NCBI GenBank assembly: GCA_034370465.1
Contig: JAXMLA010000040.1
Span: 1 to 62,372, forward strand
DNA: 62,372 bases
Source: Desulfuromonadales bacterium
Lineage (GTDB): Bacteria; Desulfobacterota; Desulfuromonadia; Desulfuromonadales; UBA2197
Direction: 5' to 3'
Both the position numbers and the translations under genes were made by a program. Shown piece after piece: positions 19,509 to 29,146 of the stretch. The notes under the pieces are model-generated. The model was not told where the DNA came from. It made no database searches and saw only the letters and a program-made list of their open reading frames with translations. Positions within the stretch are counted from its first letter, which is position 1; each line of letters begins with the position of its first letter.

Positions 19509-21223
19509 GCGTCCTCCTGGGCAAGAAACTGCGCGGTGGTGACGACATCAACAATTCGGCCAGCGGCCATGACCGCCACCTGCTGTGCCGAACGAACCGT
19601 GGTTTCGCGATGGCTGATCACCAGGACCGTCCGGTTGATGGCGAGGCGCTGCAGGGCGGTTGCCACCAGCTCTTCGGTCGCTGCGTCGAGGCCGGCGGTC
19701 GGTTCATCGAGGACAATCAGATCGGCCTGGCGCAAAAAGGCCCGGGCGAGGGCAAGCCGGCGCAGTTCGCCGCCGGACAGACCGGCACCACGATCGCCGA
19801 GGAGGGTGTCGAGGCCGGCGGGGAGTTGATCAACAAAATCGGTGGCCGCGGCGGCGTTCAAAGCTACTCTGATCTCGGCATCGCTCGCCGCCGGGCAGCC
19901 GAGGAGGAGATTGGCGCGCAAGCTGCCGCTGAAGATAAAGGGCTGCTGCGCCACCCAGGCGATGCGCTCCCGCCAGGCAACGCCGTTCAGCTCAGCGAGA
20001 TCGATACCATTGATCAGGATGCGGCCCGCTTCCGGTCGGGCCAAACCGAGGAGGAGACGGGCGAGGGTGGTCTTCCCTGAACCGCTTTCTCCGATTAGAG
20101 CAGTGACGCTGCCCGCCGGGAGCTCAAGATCGACCTCCGACACGCCGCCGCGGGTGCCGCCGTAGCGGAAGCTGACGCCAGAGAAACGAACCGTCGGCGG
20201 CCCCGGCGCTACCGCCAGCGTCGCTCCATCTTCCTCCGGCAGCGGCAGCGCCAGCAAGGGAGCGATCTTCTCTGCCGCCGCCAGTCCCTGCATGCGGGCA
20301 TGGTAGGAAAGGCCGAGGGTGCGCAGGTGCAGGTAGAATTCCGGGGCGAGGAGGAGGACAAAGAGGCCGTCGACCAGGGAGAGGTAGCCATAGAGGAGGC
20401 GGAAGCCGATGATCACCGCCACCACCGCCGTGCCGACCGTGGCAAAGAATTCGAGGGTGAAGGCCGAAAGGAAAGCGACGCGAAGGACGACCATCGTCGA
20501 CTGGCGATAGTCATCAGCCACCCTGGCCACGCTTGCCGCTTCGCGTTTGGCGGCGCTGCAGATACGCAGATCAGGGAGGCCCTGGATCATGTCGAGGAGA
20601 TGGCCGGCCATCCGCCCCAGTTTTCCCCACTGCTTGCGGTTGAGATTCTCGGTGCCGCGGCCGATGAGGATCATGAAGATCGGGATAAAGGGGGCGGAAA
20701 AGAGGAGGACGAGGCCGGCCCGCCACTCGACCGGCAGGACGATGAGGAGGGCGACGATCGGGAGCAGGGCGGCGAGGGCGAGGTGAGGGAGAAAACGCAG
20801 GACATAAGGTTCAAGCCCCTCGACCCCGGCGGTGACCGCCTCGACCAGCGGCCCGGTCTCTTCGCCGCTCCGGCCGCTCGGTCCGAGAAGTTGCAGGCGG
20901 TGATACAAGCGGCGGCGGACGTCGCTCTTCACTCCTGCCGCCACTGCCGCGGCGCGGCGTTCGGCGAGAAGGAGGAGCCCGCCGCGCAGCAGGGCGAGCC
21001 CGGCGACCAGGCCGACCAGCGGCAAAATCAGGCTGAAGGCGGATTTGTCGATAATCAGCCGGTGACAGGCCAAAGCCAAAAGGCGCGCTTGCAGCAGGAC
21101 CAGGACTCCGGCGGCAAAGGCCCAGGCGATCGACCACAGGAGATCCCCTTTGACCCGGCGTGTCGTTGCGATCAGCCATTTTTCCGGGGTGAGTTCAGGC
21201 GCTTGCGTTACTGCATCACTCAT
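19496..21223 (-). CDS. cydD: Thiol-reductant ABC exporter subunit CydD
   Basis: 575 aa. GESGSGKTT, LSGGELRRLALARAFL and VLDEPTAGLD are present. It is the first gene of the pair. Confidence 0.85.
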   Translation of the reverse strand: MSDAVTQAPELTPEKWLIATTRRVKGDLLWSIAWAFAAGVLVLLQARLLALACHRLIIDKSAFSLILPLVGLVAGLALLRGGLLLLAERRAAAVAAGVKSDVRRRLYHRLQLLGPSGRSGEETGPLVEAVTAGVEGLEPYVLRFLPHLALAALLPIVALLIVLPVEWRAGLVLLFSAPFIPIFMILIGRGTENLNRKQWGKLGRMAGHLLDMIQGLPDLRICSAAKREAASVARVADDYRQSTMVVLRVAFLSAFTLEFFATVGTAVVAVIIGFRLLYGYLSLVDGLFVLLLAPEFYLHLRTLGLSYHARMQGLAAAEKIAPLLALPLPEEDGATLAVAPGPPTVRFSGVSFRYGGTRGGVSEVDLELPAGSVTALIGESGSGKTTLARLLLGLARPEAGRILINGIDLAELNGVAWRERIAWVAQQPFIFSGSLRANLLLGCPAASDAEIRVALNAAAATDFVDQLPAGLDTLLGDRGAGLSGGELRRLALARAFLRQADLIVLDEPTAGLDAATEELVATALQRLAINRTVLVISHRETTVRSAQQVAVMAAGRIVDVVTTAQFLAQEDACAK

Positions 21224-21448
21224 GCGTGCGTGTCCATTCCACCGCTGACTTGCCGGGATTGCTGCTTTGCTGATCGCTGTCGCGACCAGCCGACTTCAGT
21301 CGTTAGTTTGAATCTTGTCATAACCTATCGCCGTTGAAAAATAAATCTTTTCGACCCTATTCTAAAGGTGTATTACTGTTAACATTGGAATCGAGTTCCC
21401 CTGTACAGACGCTACCATTTTAAGCGGGGAACACATCAGGAGGTTACC

Positions 21449-21646
21449 ATGATGATTCCAGTCGTCTACAACACCGGTACACATGACATAGTCAAGTCAG
21501 AGATGTTGAATCGTCTCCTGATGTATGGTGTCGTCGCCGAATTCAAGCGAAGCACGGGGTGGGTCAAGGTCGGAAGGGAGCCGATTCGGAAAATCCGTCA
21601 GGAAGATTATCCGGAAAAGTTCGATCGCCGCCATCTTGACGCCTGA
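21449..21646 (+). CDS. Small (65 aa) basic conserved-looking hypothetical protein
   Basis: A strong AGGAGG lies 6 nt upstream of the ATG. The composition is clean and not GC-biased (MMIPVVYNTGTHDIVKSEMLNRLLMYGVVAEFKRSTGWVKVG...). I recall similar small ORFs in Geobacter-type genomes but cannot verify that here. Confidence 0.55.
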   Translation: MMIPVVYNTGTHDIVKSEMLNRLLMYGVVAEFKRSTGWVKVGREPIRKIRQEDYPEKFDRRHLDA

Positions 21647-21706
21647 AGGACCTGGCCTCCGCAGGGAGCGGTAAAGAACCTGCCGCCGGCAGGGTAAGAG
21701 ATCAGG

Positions 21707-22984
21707 ATGCCCGAGGAGGCTGCATCTGTGACCAGAGCTGAAAAGAGCTGGATTCTTTATGATGTCGCCAACTCTGCCTTTGTGTTGGTGATCGTGACGG
21801 CGATCATGCCGATCTTCTTCAAGGAGGTTGTCACCCGCGGGGTTGCCGCCGAGGTCTCCACTGCCTGGTGGGGGTACGCGAACGCCTTCTCGGCACTCCT
21901 GCTCGCCCTGATGGCCCCGCTCCTCGGCGCCTGTGCCGATTATCAAGGGTGGAAAAAGCGTCTCTTTGCCCTCTTTCTCACGATTGGCATCACCGCGACC
22001 GCCTTTCTTTTCTTCTGCAGCCAAGGGGCCTGGTTATACTGCCTCGGGGTTTTCGTTATCGCCCGCACCGGTTGGGCCGGCGCCAATGTCTTCTATGATG
22101 CTTTTATCACCGATATCTGCGATCACCGGGAGATGGACCGGGTCTCCGCCGCCGGCTATGCCTGGGGATACATCGGCAGCATCGTCCCCTTTCTCCTCGT
22201 CATTTTCCTGATTTTCACCCTGCAAACGCCCGACGCCACCGAGAGCATTCCTGTCTTGGCGGCCCAGCTCAGTTTCCTCATTGTCGCCTTGTGGTGGCTC
22301 CTCTTCTCCCTGCCGATGCTCCGCCATGTTCAGCAGATTCATTTTATTCCGACGGTGGTCCGGCCGGTGGCTTCGGCGTGGCGCCGGGTGATCGCGACGC
22401 TGCGCCAGGTGCGCGCCCATCGCAATGTCTTCACCTTTCTCCTCGCTTATTTCTTCTACATCGACGGGGTCCACACCATCATCACCATGGCCGTGGTCTA
22501 CGGGGTCGATATCGGTATCGGCAGCAGCGCGCTGATTCTGGCGATTCTGGTCATCCAGATTATCGCCTTCCCCTGCACTCTGGTCTGGGGTCGTCTGGCT
22601 CAGTACTTCCCGGCCAAGCGCCTGCTGCAGTCCGGCATCGCCATTTATGGCCTGATCACCCTCCTTGCTTTTCTGCTGCCGTCGCTGGCAAACCGTCAGG
22701 AAAAGACCATCGGCTTCTGGCTCCTGGCAGTTCTTGTCGCCACTGCGATGGGGGGGATTCAGGCGCTCAGTCGCAGCTTCTATGGTCGTTTGATCCCGCC
22801 GCAGCAGTCAGGGGAGTTCTTCAGCTTCTACGATATCTTCGGGAAATTCGCCGCGATCATCGGTCCATTTCTGGTCGGCATCACCGGGCATTTGAGCGGT
22901 GATGCGCGCTACGGCGTCCTCAGCGTCCTTTTCCTCTTTCTCGCCGGGAGCGTGCTGCTGGCACAGGTCAAGGAGGAGGCCTAG
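21707..22984 (+). CDS. MFS transporter, UMF1/Atg22-like family
   Basis: 425 aa with about 12 TM segments. The N-terminal WILYDVANSAF motif is typical of the UMF1 family. Confidence 0.8.
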   Translation: MPEEAASVTRAEKSWILYDVANSAFVLVIVTAIMPIFFKEVVTRGVAAEVSTAWWGYANAFSALLLALMAPLLGACADYQGWKKRLFALFLTIGITATAFLFFCSQGAWLYCLGVFVIARTGWAGANVFYDAFITDICDHREMDRVSAAGYAWGYIGSIVPFLLVIFLIFTLQTPDATESIPVLAAQLSFLIVALWWLLFSLPMLRHVQQIHFIPTVVRPVASAWRRVIATLRQVRAHRNVFTFLLAYFFYIDGVHTIITMAVVYGVDIGIGSSALILAILVIQIIAFPCTLVWGRLAQYFPAKRLLQSGIAIYGLITLLAFLLPSLANRQEKTIGFWLLAVLVATAMGGIQALSRSFYGRLIPPQQSGEFFSFYDIFGKFAAIIGPFLVGITGHLSGDARYGVLSVLFLFLAGSVLLAQVKEEA

Positions 22985-22989
22985 AACGC

Positions 22990-25467
22990 ATGCAGACCCT
23001 CATCGACCTCTTTGCGACCTTTGCCGGGCTGGGTGACAAACCGGCCCTGATCTACCACACCGGGATCCGCCGCCTGCACTGCTCTTATCAGCATCTCGAC
23101 CAGCGTGCCCGGCAGATGAACCGCTGGCTGGCGCAACAGGGGATTGTCGCCGGCGACAAGGTGCTCCTCTGGGCGCCGAACTCGCCGTCCTGGGCAATGG
23201 CATTCTGGGGGATCATCTGCCGCGGCGCGATTGTCGTCCCCGTCGATTTCATGTCGAATCAGGAGCGCGCTGCAACTATTGCCGACCTGACAAGTGCCCG
23301 CCTCGTCATCCAGAGCCGTTTCAAGCTCGAAGGGCTCAGCGGCCCGCCATCGGTCCTGATCGAAGATCTCGAATTCCTCCTCGACCCTCTTTTGCCCCTC
23401 AATGAGTTGGCAACGACGAACCCCGACAGCACTGCCGAGCTGATCTACACTTCCGGCACCACCGGTGCGCCCAAGGGGGTGATCCTTACCCACCGAAACC
23501 TGGTCGCCAATCTCCTTCAGGTCAACGCCCATTTGCCGGTGGTCACGAAAAAATTTACCTTCCTGTCGCTCTTACCCCTGTCGCACATGTTTGAGCAGAT
23601 GTGTGGATTTTTCATCCCGCTTTATCACGGCGCTACTATCGTCTATCTGCGCACGCTCAAACCTTCGGCGATCATGGCGGCGCTGGCCGCTGAGGATATT
23701 TATGCGGTCATCGCCGTGCCGCGGCTGTTGCAGCTGCTCAAAGGGTCGATCGAAGCGGAGTTTGCCAGCCTCCATCTTGCCGGAGTGTTGCGCAGTCTGC
23801 TGCGTCGGGGAGAAAGGCTGCCGCGGCGGCTGCGCAAGTCTCTCTTCTTTCTTGTCCATCGCAAGTTCGGCCGCCACTTTACTCTCTTCGTCTCCGGTGG
23901 CGCCCCCCTCGATCCCGAGCTCTTTCGCTTCTGGAATGCCCTCGGGTTTATGGTCGTTGAGGGCTACGGCCTCAGCGAATGTTCACCGGTTCTGACTGCC
24001 AATACCCTGCAAAGGCAAGAGCGCGGCTCGGTCGGAATTGCGCTCCCCGGCGTCGAATTAAAGATCGAAAAGGGCGAAATTCTCGTCCGCGGCGCCAAGG
24101 TCTTTTCCGGTTATGAGCAGAATCCCACGGCGACAGCCGCGGCCTTTACTCCGGAGGGCTGGTTTCGCACCGGTGATCTCGGCGAAATCGATGCGGAGGG
24201 ATGGCTGCGGATCAAGGGGCGGAGCAAGGAGTTGATCGTCACCGGCGCCGGGATCAATGTCTATCCCGATGAAATCGAACGGATCGTCAATGCCCTCCCC
24301 GGCGTCCGCGAAGCCTGTGTGATCGGCCTCGACAGAGGGGGAGGGGAGGAGGTGCATGCCGTCCTCCTGCTCAGCGACGAAAAAGAGAGCGGTGAAGCGA
24401 TCATTGTCGCCGCCAATCGCCGCCTTGACGCCCTGCAGCAGATCACCAGCTTTTCCCTTTGGCCGGAAGCGGATTTCCCCAAGACCACCACCCTGAAGAT
24501 CCAGAAGTTCAAGGTGCGGCAGCAACTCCTGGAGCGGCAGGTTCAGGGCGGCGCAATCTCCCGCGATCCCCTGCTCACCATCCTTGCCGCGATTACCGGG
24601 GTTGATTCCGCCCTTATCGACGAGGAGTCGCTGCTGGTTGGAGCTCTCGGTCTCACCTCCATCGGCCGTCTCGAACTGGTCAGCCGTCTCGAACAGGAAT
24701 TCCGTCTCGATCTGGACGACGCGGCGATTAATGACACGACCCGGGTTGCAGACCTGCGCCGCATGCTGGCGCAACGCAAAAAGCTGCAGGCCCCGCACCA
24801 CTTCCACTTCTGGACCAACACCCCGCCGGGGCGCCTGTTCCGGCAGGGCTGCGATCTGCTCATCCATTATCCGCTGCTGCGCACCATCGTCACCCTGGAG
24901 AGGGTCGGGACGGAGAAGCTGGCAGGTATCAAGGCGCCGGTCCTCTTTATCGCCAATCACACCAGCTTGCTCGACCAGCCGGTCTTCATGTTCGCTCTGC
25001 CGCGCTCCTGGCGCTATCGCACCGCCACCGCTGCCTGGGAGGAATTCTTCTTCAAAAATTACCGGAATCTTGCCGGCAAGCTCTGGAAGCGGCTCACCTA
25101 CGAATACAGCAGCGTCGCGGCCAATGTCTTTCCCTTGCCGCAGAGCGGTTCCATTCGCCCGTCTCTGCAGTACATGGGGAAGCTTGCCGATCATCGCTGC
25201 AATATTCTCATCTTCCCGGAGGGGGAACGGACGCAGAATGGTCAGCTTCTCCCGCTGCAACCGGGGCTCGGCATCATCGTCCAGGAACTCGGGATAGCGG
25301 TGGTGCCGGTGCGCATCGACGGACTCGATAAAGTTCTGCCGCGCGGTGCGCGCTGGCCGAAACCGGGAAAGGTCATTGTCACCTTTGGCGCTCCCCTCGA
25401 CTTTCAAAACGAAGAACCGCCCGGGATTGTCGCCCGGTCCCGTCAGGCTCTCCTTAACCTTGAGTAG
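22990..25467 (+). CDS. Tri-domain acyl-AMP ligase / acyl-carrier domain / PlsC-type acyltransferase (Aas-like, rearranged)
   Basis: IYTSGTTGAPKGV and TGDLGEID mark the AMP-binding domain. LGLTSIGRLELVSRLE is a carrier-protein Ser motif. FIANHTSLLDQP (HX4D) and IFPEGERT mark the acyltransferase domain. Confidence 0.85.
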   Translation: MQTLIDLFATFAGLGDKPALIYHTGIRRLHCSYQHLDQRARQMNRWLAQQGIVAGDKVLLWAPNSPSWAMAFWGIICRGAIVVPVDFMSNQERAATIADLTSARLVIQSRFKLEGLSGPPSVLIEDLEFLLDPLLPLNELATTNPDSTAELIYTSGTTGAPKGVILTHRNLVANLLQVNAHLPVVTKKFTFLSLLPLSHMFEQMCGFFIPLYHGATIVYLRTLKPSAIMAALAAEDIYAVIAVPRLLQLLKGSIEAEFASLHLAGVLRSLLRRGERLPRRLRKSLFFLVHRKFGRHFTLFVSGGAPLDPELFRFWNALGFMVVEGYGLSECSPVLTANTLQRQERGSVGIALPGVELKIEKGEILVRGAKVFSGYEQNPTATAAAFTPEGWFRTGDLGEIDAEGWLRIKGRSKELIVTGAGINVYPDEIERIVNALPGVREACVIGLDRGGGEEVHAVLLLSDEKESGEAIIVAANRRLDALQQITSFSLWPEADFPKTTTLKIQKFKVRQQLLERQVQGGAISRDPLLTILAAITGVDSALIDEESLLVGALGLTSIGRLELVSRLEQEFRLDLDDAAINDTTRVADLRRMLAQRKKLQAPHHFHFWTNTPPGRLFRQGCDLLIHYPLLRTIVTLERVGTEKLAGIKAPVLFIANHTSLLDQPVFMFALPRSWRYRTATAAWEEFFFKNYRNLAGKLWKRLTYEYSSVAANVFPLPQSGSIRPSLQYMGKLADHRCNILIFPEGERTQNGQLLPLQPGLGIIVQELGIAVVPVRIDGLDKVLPRGARWPKPGKVIVTFGAPLDFQNEEPPGIVARSRQALLNLE

Positions 25468-25470
25468 TTT

Positions 25471-26157
25471 TCAGGGTCGTCCAGCTACTTTGTGCCATTC
25501 GTTGATCTGTTTGTTATGGTGAAGGCGGGTGCCGGCAAAATGTGCGCCGACCTGTTGGTAGAAAGTGTTCGCAGCGTGATTGTTCTTCTCGGTGTGAATT
25601 ATATAAGGCTCGTGCAGGCCATGGTTACGAAAGTACATTTCCAACTCATCAAGGAGTCGGGTTGCAAGATGCAGACTCCGGAACCGCGGGTCGATGGCAA
25701 TCATCAGCAGCTCGGCCTGCAACGGGGAATCCTCTCTTTTTGACGTGTGGCGGCTGTCAGCCAGCCAGCGCAGAAAGGCTGGAGAGAAGAGTCGGAAGTG
25801 AGCCGCTATCACCAGCTGCAGCTTGAGGGTGAAAGGCGGTCGAAGGACGCGCTGGCGGTCGAGTGTGCCGATCACGACCCCGGCCAGGGTCCCGGCCTGG
25901 TCGAAGGCGGCGATACTGACAGAGCCCGGAGCTTCTGCCATGTGCCGGTAGTAACAGACGCCGAAGGGGCGTCCAAGGGATGAAGCCAGGGCGTTAGGAA
26001 TCGACTTTGCGAAGAGCTCGGCAATCTGTGGCCAGTCCTCTGGTTTTGGGGATCTGAGCAGAATGGATGAATCGTCACAACTTTTTGCTAAGACGGAAGT
26101 TTTTGTGGGCATTCTTAAAGATACATGATTTGAATCCAGATTCAACGCTGTGGTCAA
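25471..26157 (-). CDS. GNAT-family N-acetyltransferase (start uncertain; an alternative Met is at 26112)
   Basis: LLMIAIDPRFRSLHLATRLLDELEMYF and NNHAANTFYQQVG match GNAT motifs A and B. Confidence 0.7.
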   Translation of the reverse strand: MTTALNLDSNHVSLRMPTKTSVLAKSCDDSSILLRSPKPEDWPQIAELFAKSIPNALASSLGRPFGVCYYRHMAEAPGSVSIAAFDQAGTLAGVVIGTLDRQRVLRPPFTLKLQLVIAAHFRLFSPAFLRWLADSRHTSKREDSPLQAELLMIAIDPRFRSLHLATRLLDELEMYFRNHGLHEPYIIHTEKNNHAANTFYQQVGAHFAGTRLHHNKQINEWHKVAGRP

Positions 26158-26180
26158 TAATAGTTGTACAGGAGAATCTT

Positions 26181-27176
26181 ATGTCCGAAACATTCAAGGC
26201 ACTGCTGGTCGAACAACCCGGGAGTAAGGTCTTTACCCGCACGATTATCGAGCGCAATATCGATGATCTCCCTGCCGGAGAACTGCTGGTGCGGGTCCAT
26301 TATTCGTCGCTCAATTTCAAGGATGCACTTTCGGCCACGGGGAATCCCGGCGTCACCCGCAACTATCCGCACACCCCCGGTATCGACGCGGCCGGTGAAG
26401 TGATCAGCTGCAGCGCTGGCCGGTTCGTTCCCGGCGATCAGGTGATTGTCACCAGTTATGATCTCGGCATGGAGACCGATGGCGGCTTCGGGCAGATTAT
26501 CCGGGTGCCGAGCTCATGGGCATTAAAGCTGCCGGTCGGCCTCAGTCTCAGAGAGAGCATGATGCTGGGGACGGCCGGATTGACCGCTGCGCTTTCGGTC
26601 TACGAACTGGAGCAGGGTAGGGTAAAGCCGGAAGACGGCCCGATCCTGGTCACCGGGGCAACCGGCGGAGTCGGCAGCCTGGCTGTGGCCATTCTCGCCA
26701 AGGCCGGCTACCAGGTGACGGCTGCGACCGGAAAAGCAGCGGAAGCGGATTACTTGCAGACCATCGGCGCCGCCGCTGTGATCGAACGGATCGAGGTCAC
26801 GCAGGGGAGCGAACGGCCGCTGATGAAGCCGGTCTGGGGCGGAGTTGTCGACTGCGTTGGCGGTGAGATGCTGGCGGCAGCCATCAAGTCGACCAAGCCG
26901 GGCGGGGTGATTACCTGCTGTGGGTTGGTCGGTTCCAGTGACCTGCCGCTGACAGTTTTCCCCTTTATTCTGCGGGGAGTTCGCCTGATCGGGATCGATT
27001 CAGCTGCCTGCCCGATGACTCACCGCACCGAAGTCTGGCAAAATCTCGCCACGAAGTGGAAACTCACCGCTCTTGAGTCGATGGTTGAGGAGGTCGGTCT
27101 TGACGGGCTGGAAGAGAAGATTCAGTCGATGCTGAAGGGCGGGCTCAAAAGACGGATCCTGGTGCGGTTGATCTAA
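26181..27176 (+). CDS. YhdH/AcuI-type MDR-family NADPH:quinone/acrylyl-CoA reductase
   Basis: The ATG at 26181 follows an AGGAG. LVRVHYSSLNFKDALSATGNPGVTRNYPHTPGIDAAGEV and VTGATGGVGS are present. Confidence 0.85.
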   Translation: MSETFKALLVEQPGSKVFTRTIIERNIDDLPAGELLVRVHYSSLNFKDALSATGNPGVTRNYPHTPGIDAAGEVISCSAGRFVPGDQVIVTSYDLGMETDGGFGQIIRVPSSWALKLPVGLSLRESMMLGTAGLTAALSVYELEQGRVKPEDGPILVTGATGGVGSLAVAILAKAGYQVTAATGKAAEADYLQTIGAAAVIERIEVTQGSERPLMKPVWGGVVDCVGGEMLAAAIKSTKPGGVITCCGLVGSSDLPLTVFPFILRGVRLIGIDSAACPMTHRTEVWQNLATKWKLTALESMVEEVGLDGLEEKIQSMLKGGLKRRILVRLI

Positions 27177-27430
27177 GGCCACAAGTGCCAGCCGATGAGG
27201 AGGGCGATGTTGAACAGGACAATCAGCCAGAAGTCGACTTGAAAGGTGCGATTGCGCCGCTTGTGGCGAAAGATCCATTGTCCTGCCAGCGCCCCCGGCC
27301 AGCCGCCGCAGAGGGCGAGGAGATGCAGGGTGCGTTCTCTGACGCGCTTGCCGCCGCGCTCGGCCGCGAGCTTATCGAAGCCGTAGACGACGAAGGTGAG
27401 GGTGCTGAGGAGGGTGTAGAGAGTGATCAT
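27173..27430 (-). CDS. DUF1294 small membrane protein
   Basis: YGFDKLAAERGGKRVRERTLHLLALCGGWPGALAGQWIFRHKRRNRTF is the DUF1294 signature. The start overlaps the upstream stop (TGATG). Confidence 0.85.
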   Translation of the reverse strand: MITLYTLLSTLTFVVYGFDKLAAERGGKRVRERTLHLLALCGGWPGALAGQWIFRHKRRNRTFQVDFWLIVLFNIALLIGWHLWP

Positions 27431-27981
27431 CAGCGCATTCTCTGATAGCGAAGGATCACGCAGCCGTTAGAAAGCGGGCGTGTTTCGAACAACTCCAGCC
27501 CTTGCGATTTCAATCCGCCACCGAACAATAGTCTGCCGTTGCCATGAATGACCGGTGCAATACCAAGGCGATATTCATCAAAGAGTCCTTCATTCATAAG
27601 AGTTTTCGAGAGATGAGCGCTCCCGAAGACGAAGATGTTCCCATTCCCCTGTTGCTTCAGTCTGGCGACTTCCCCCGCAACGTTGTCCTTGACCAGTGTC
27701 GTATTGTTCCAATCGGCCGTCTGAAGAGTGCGCGAACAGACCAGCTTCGGAAGACCGTTCATGTACTCCGCAATTTCTCCCTGGGCCGTCTGCCAATATG
27801 CGGCCATGCCCTCATATGTCACGCGCCCGAACAAAAGCAAGTCGGTCGACTCCAGCTGCTCAAGGGAGAATCGTTCGAGCTCTTCGCCCCAAACCTGTTC
27901 GTGCCAGGGCAAGTCCCAGTTCCTGGTCCCCTCGAAGTAACCATCCAGGGTGATGAGATTCCACATGATCAGTTTTCGCAT
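27430..27981 (-). CDS. Dihydrofolate-reductase-like (RibD C-terminal domain) family protein
   Basis: MRKLIMWNLITLDGYFEG and LLFGRVTYEGMAAYW are present. I chose the ATG at 27981 because AAGGAAGG precedes it. The ORF-track TTG is at 28005. Confidence 0.8.
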   Translation of the reverse strand: MRKLIMWNLITLDGYFEGTRNWDLPWHEQVWGEELERFSLEQLESTDLLLFGRVTYEGMAAYWQTAQGEIAEYMNGLPKLVCSRTLQTADWNNTTLVKDNVAGEVARLKQQGNGNIFVFGSAHLSKTLMNEGLFDEYRLGIAPVIHGNGRLLFGGGLKSQGLELFETRPLSNGCVILRYQRMR

Positions 27982-28001
27982 CGTATGAACCTTCCTTTTT
28001 G

Positions 28002-28241
28002 TCAAAGAACCGATTCTGATCTGGATCGTTCGATAGTCTGCTCGCGCTGGGCTTTGTATTGGTCATACGTCGTGTTGTTCACGCGGTCGAGGCACTGCTG
28101 AGTATCGGAAGAATTCATATTATTCTCATAGCATTGTTGTCTCTGCGCCTCTTGGAACCCGGCATACCATGCTTGATAGGTACACCCTTGGGCAGTTAAG
28201 CAAAGGGTGATGACGAGCATTCGCAATATAGTGATTATCAT
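28002..28241 (-). CDS. Small putative lipoprotein (79 aa)
   Basis: It has a signal peptide with the lipobox-like LTAQGC. The mature part is Q/N-rich with two QQC motifs. I recognise no family. Confidence 0.5.
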   Translation of the reverse strand: MIITILRMLVITLCLTAQGCTYQAWYAGFQEAQRQQCYENNMNSSDTQQCLDRVNNTTYDQYKAQREQTIERSRSESVL

Positions 28242-28355
28242 TTTTGCTCCTTTTTATCGACTCCGTGGTAGGAATGTCGGTCACTCGGCACTCACCGCAC
28301 GGTCTCTTTCTTGGCTTGGAGGCTCAACCCACTATCGCGACAAAAATCTCCACTA

Positions 28356-28958
28356 TTACAAAGACTCGGGTAAATCGAGCCACAATTCCTGCAGGCTAGT
28401 GTACATCTTCAATCGCTCGACCACACTCTCCACTGGAGCCGCAAAGATCGCTTCGTAGATGAATTCATCGGCCGCCGGGTCCATGGCAAAGGCGAGCTGC
28501 TCTTTTTGGGTATTGAATTGCGCGTTGATGCCGTTGCTGTTGCCGCGCGCATCGACGCGGATCCATTTGCCGAGGGTGGCGAGGTAGATGGCATTTAACC
28601 CGTGCAGAACCGTTTCGTTGTCATCGGCAGCGGGATCGCGGCGTAAGACCTGGTAGCAGAAGCCGGCGGGGATGCCGACCGCCCGGAGCAAGGCGGCCAA
28701 AAGGTGGCTCTTGGCAAAGCAGATTCCAGTCCCCTGTTGCAGCACTTCGCTCGCCGTGCAGGTGATAATGTCGGTGTCGACATCATCGGAGTGGGGGATG
28801 GTGTCCCGCACCCATTCGTACAGACAACGGGCTTTGGCGACTTCGTCGGCTGATGAAGCTGTCAGTTCCAGCGCTTTTTGCCGGACAGCGGGGGTCTGCC
28901 AGTCGATGATGGCGTCGGATTGGAGGTAGTCGTTTAAGTCGTCGGATTCAGGGTACAT
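28356..28958 (-). CDS. Transglutaminase-like cysteine-protease-fold protein
   Basis: ASEVLQQGTGICFAKSHLLAALLRAVGIPAGFCYQ is the transglutaminase-core Cys motif. The start at Met 28958 is preferred over 29147/29150 because 28960-29146 is AT-rich and looks non-coding. Confidence 0.75.
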   Translation of the reverse strand: MYPESDDLNDYLQSDAIIDWQTPAVRQKALELTASSADEVAKARCLYEWVRDTIPHSDDVDTDIITCTASEVLQQGTGICFAKSHLLAALLRAVGIPAGFCYQVLRRDPAADDNETVLHGLNAIYLATLGKWIRVDARGNSNGINAQFNTQKEQLAFAMDPAADEFIYEAIFAAPVESVVERLKMYTSLQELWLDLPESL

Positions 28959-29146
28959 GTCGGGACTCTCATTGAGGTTTGTTTTTGTGGTCAACGGTGA
29001 GAATTGACCGGATGGCGGTCTTGTTTTCTGGTTGGGATGTCTACACTCGGTAAATAAATCCGTCCCCTTTTCTCGGAGGTTAATCATCAGAGGAAGCCTT
29101 TTTTGGGTGTAATTTATGGGGTCGCTGTCCTCGCTTATTATAATCA

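Noticed and set aside
21395-21432. A hairpin gttcccc-N24-ggggaac in the 5-prime leader of the 65-aa ORF, considered as a possible riboswitch or attenuator.
   Set aside because: It has only a 7-bp stem with a large unstructured loop, and I recognise no riboswitch consensus. It is too weak to call.
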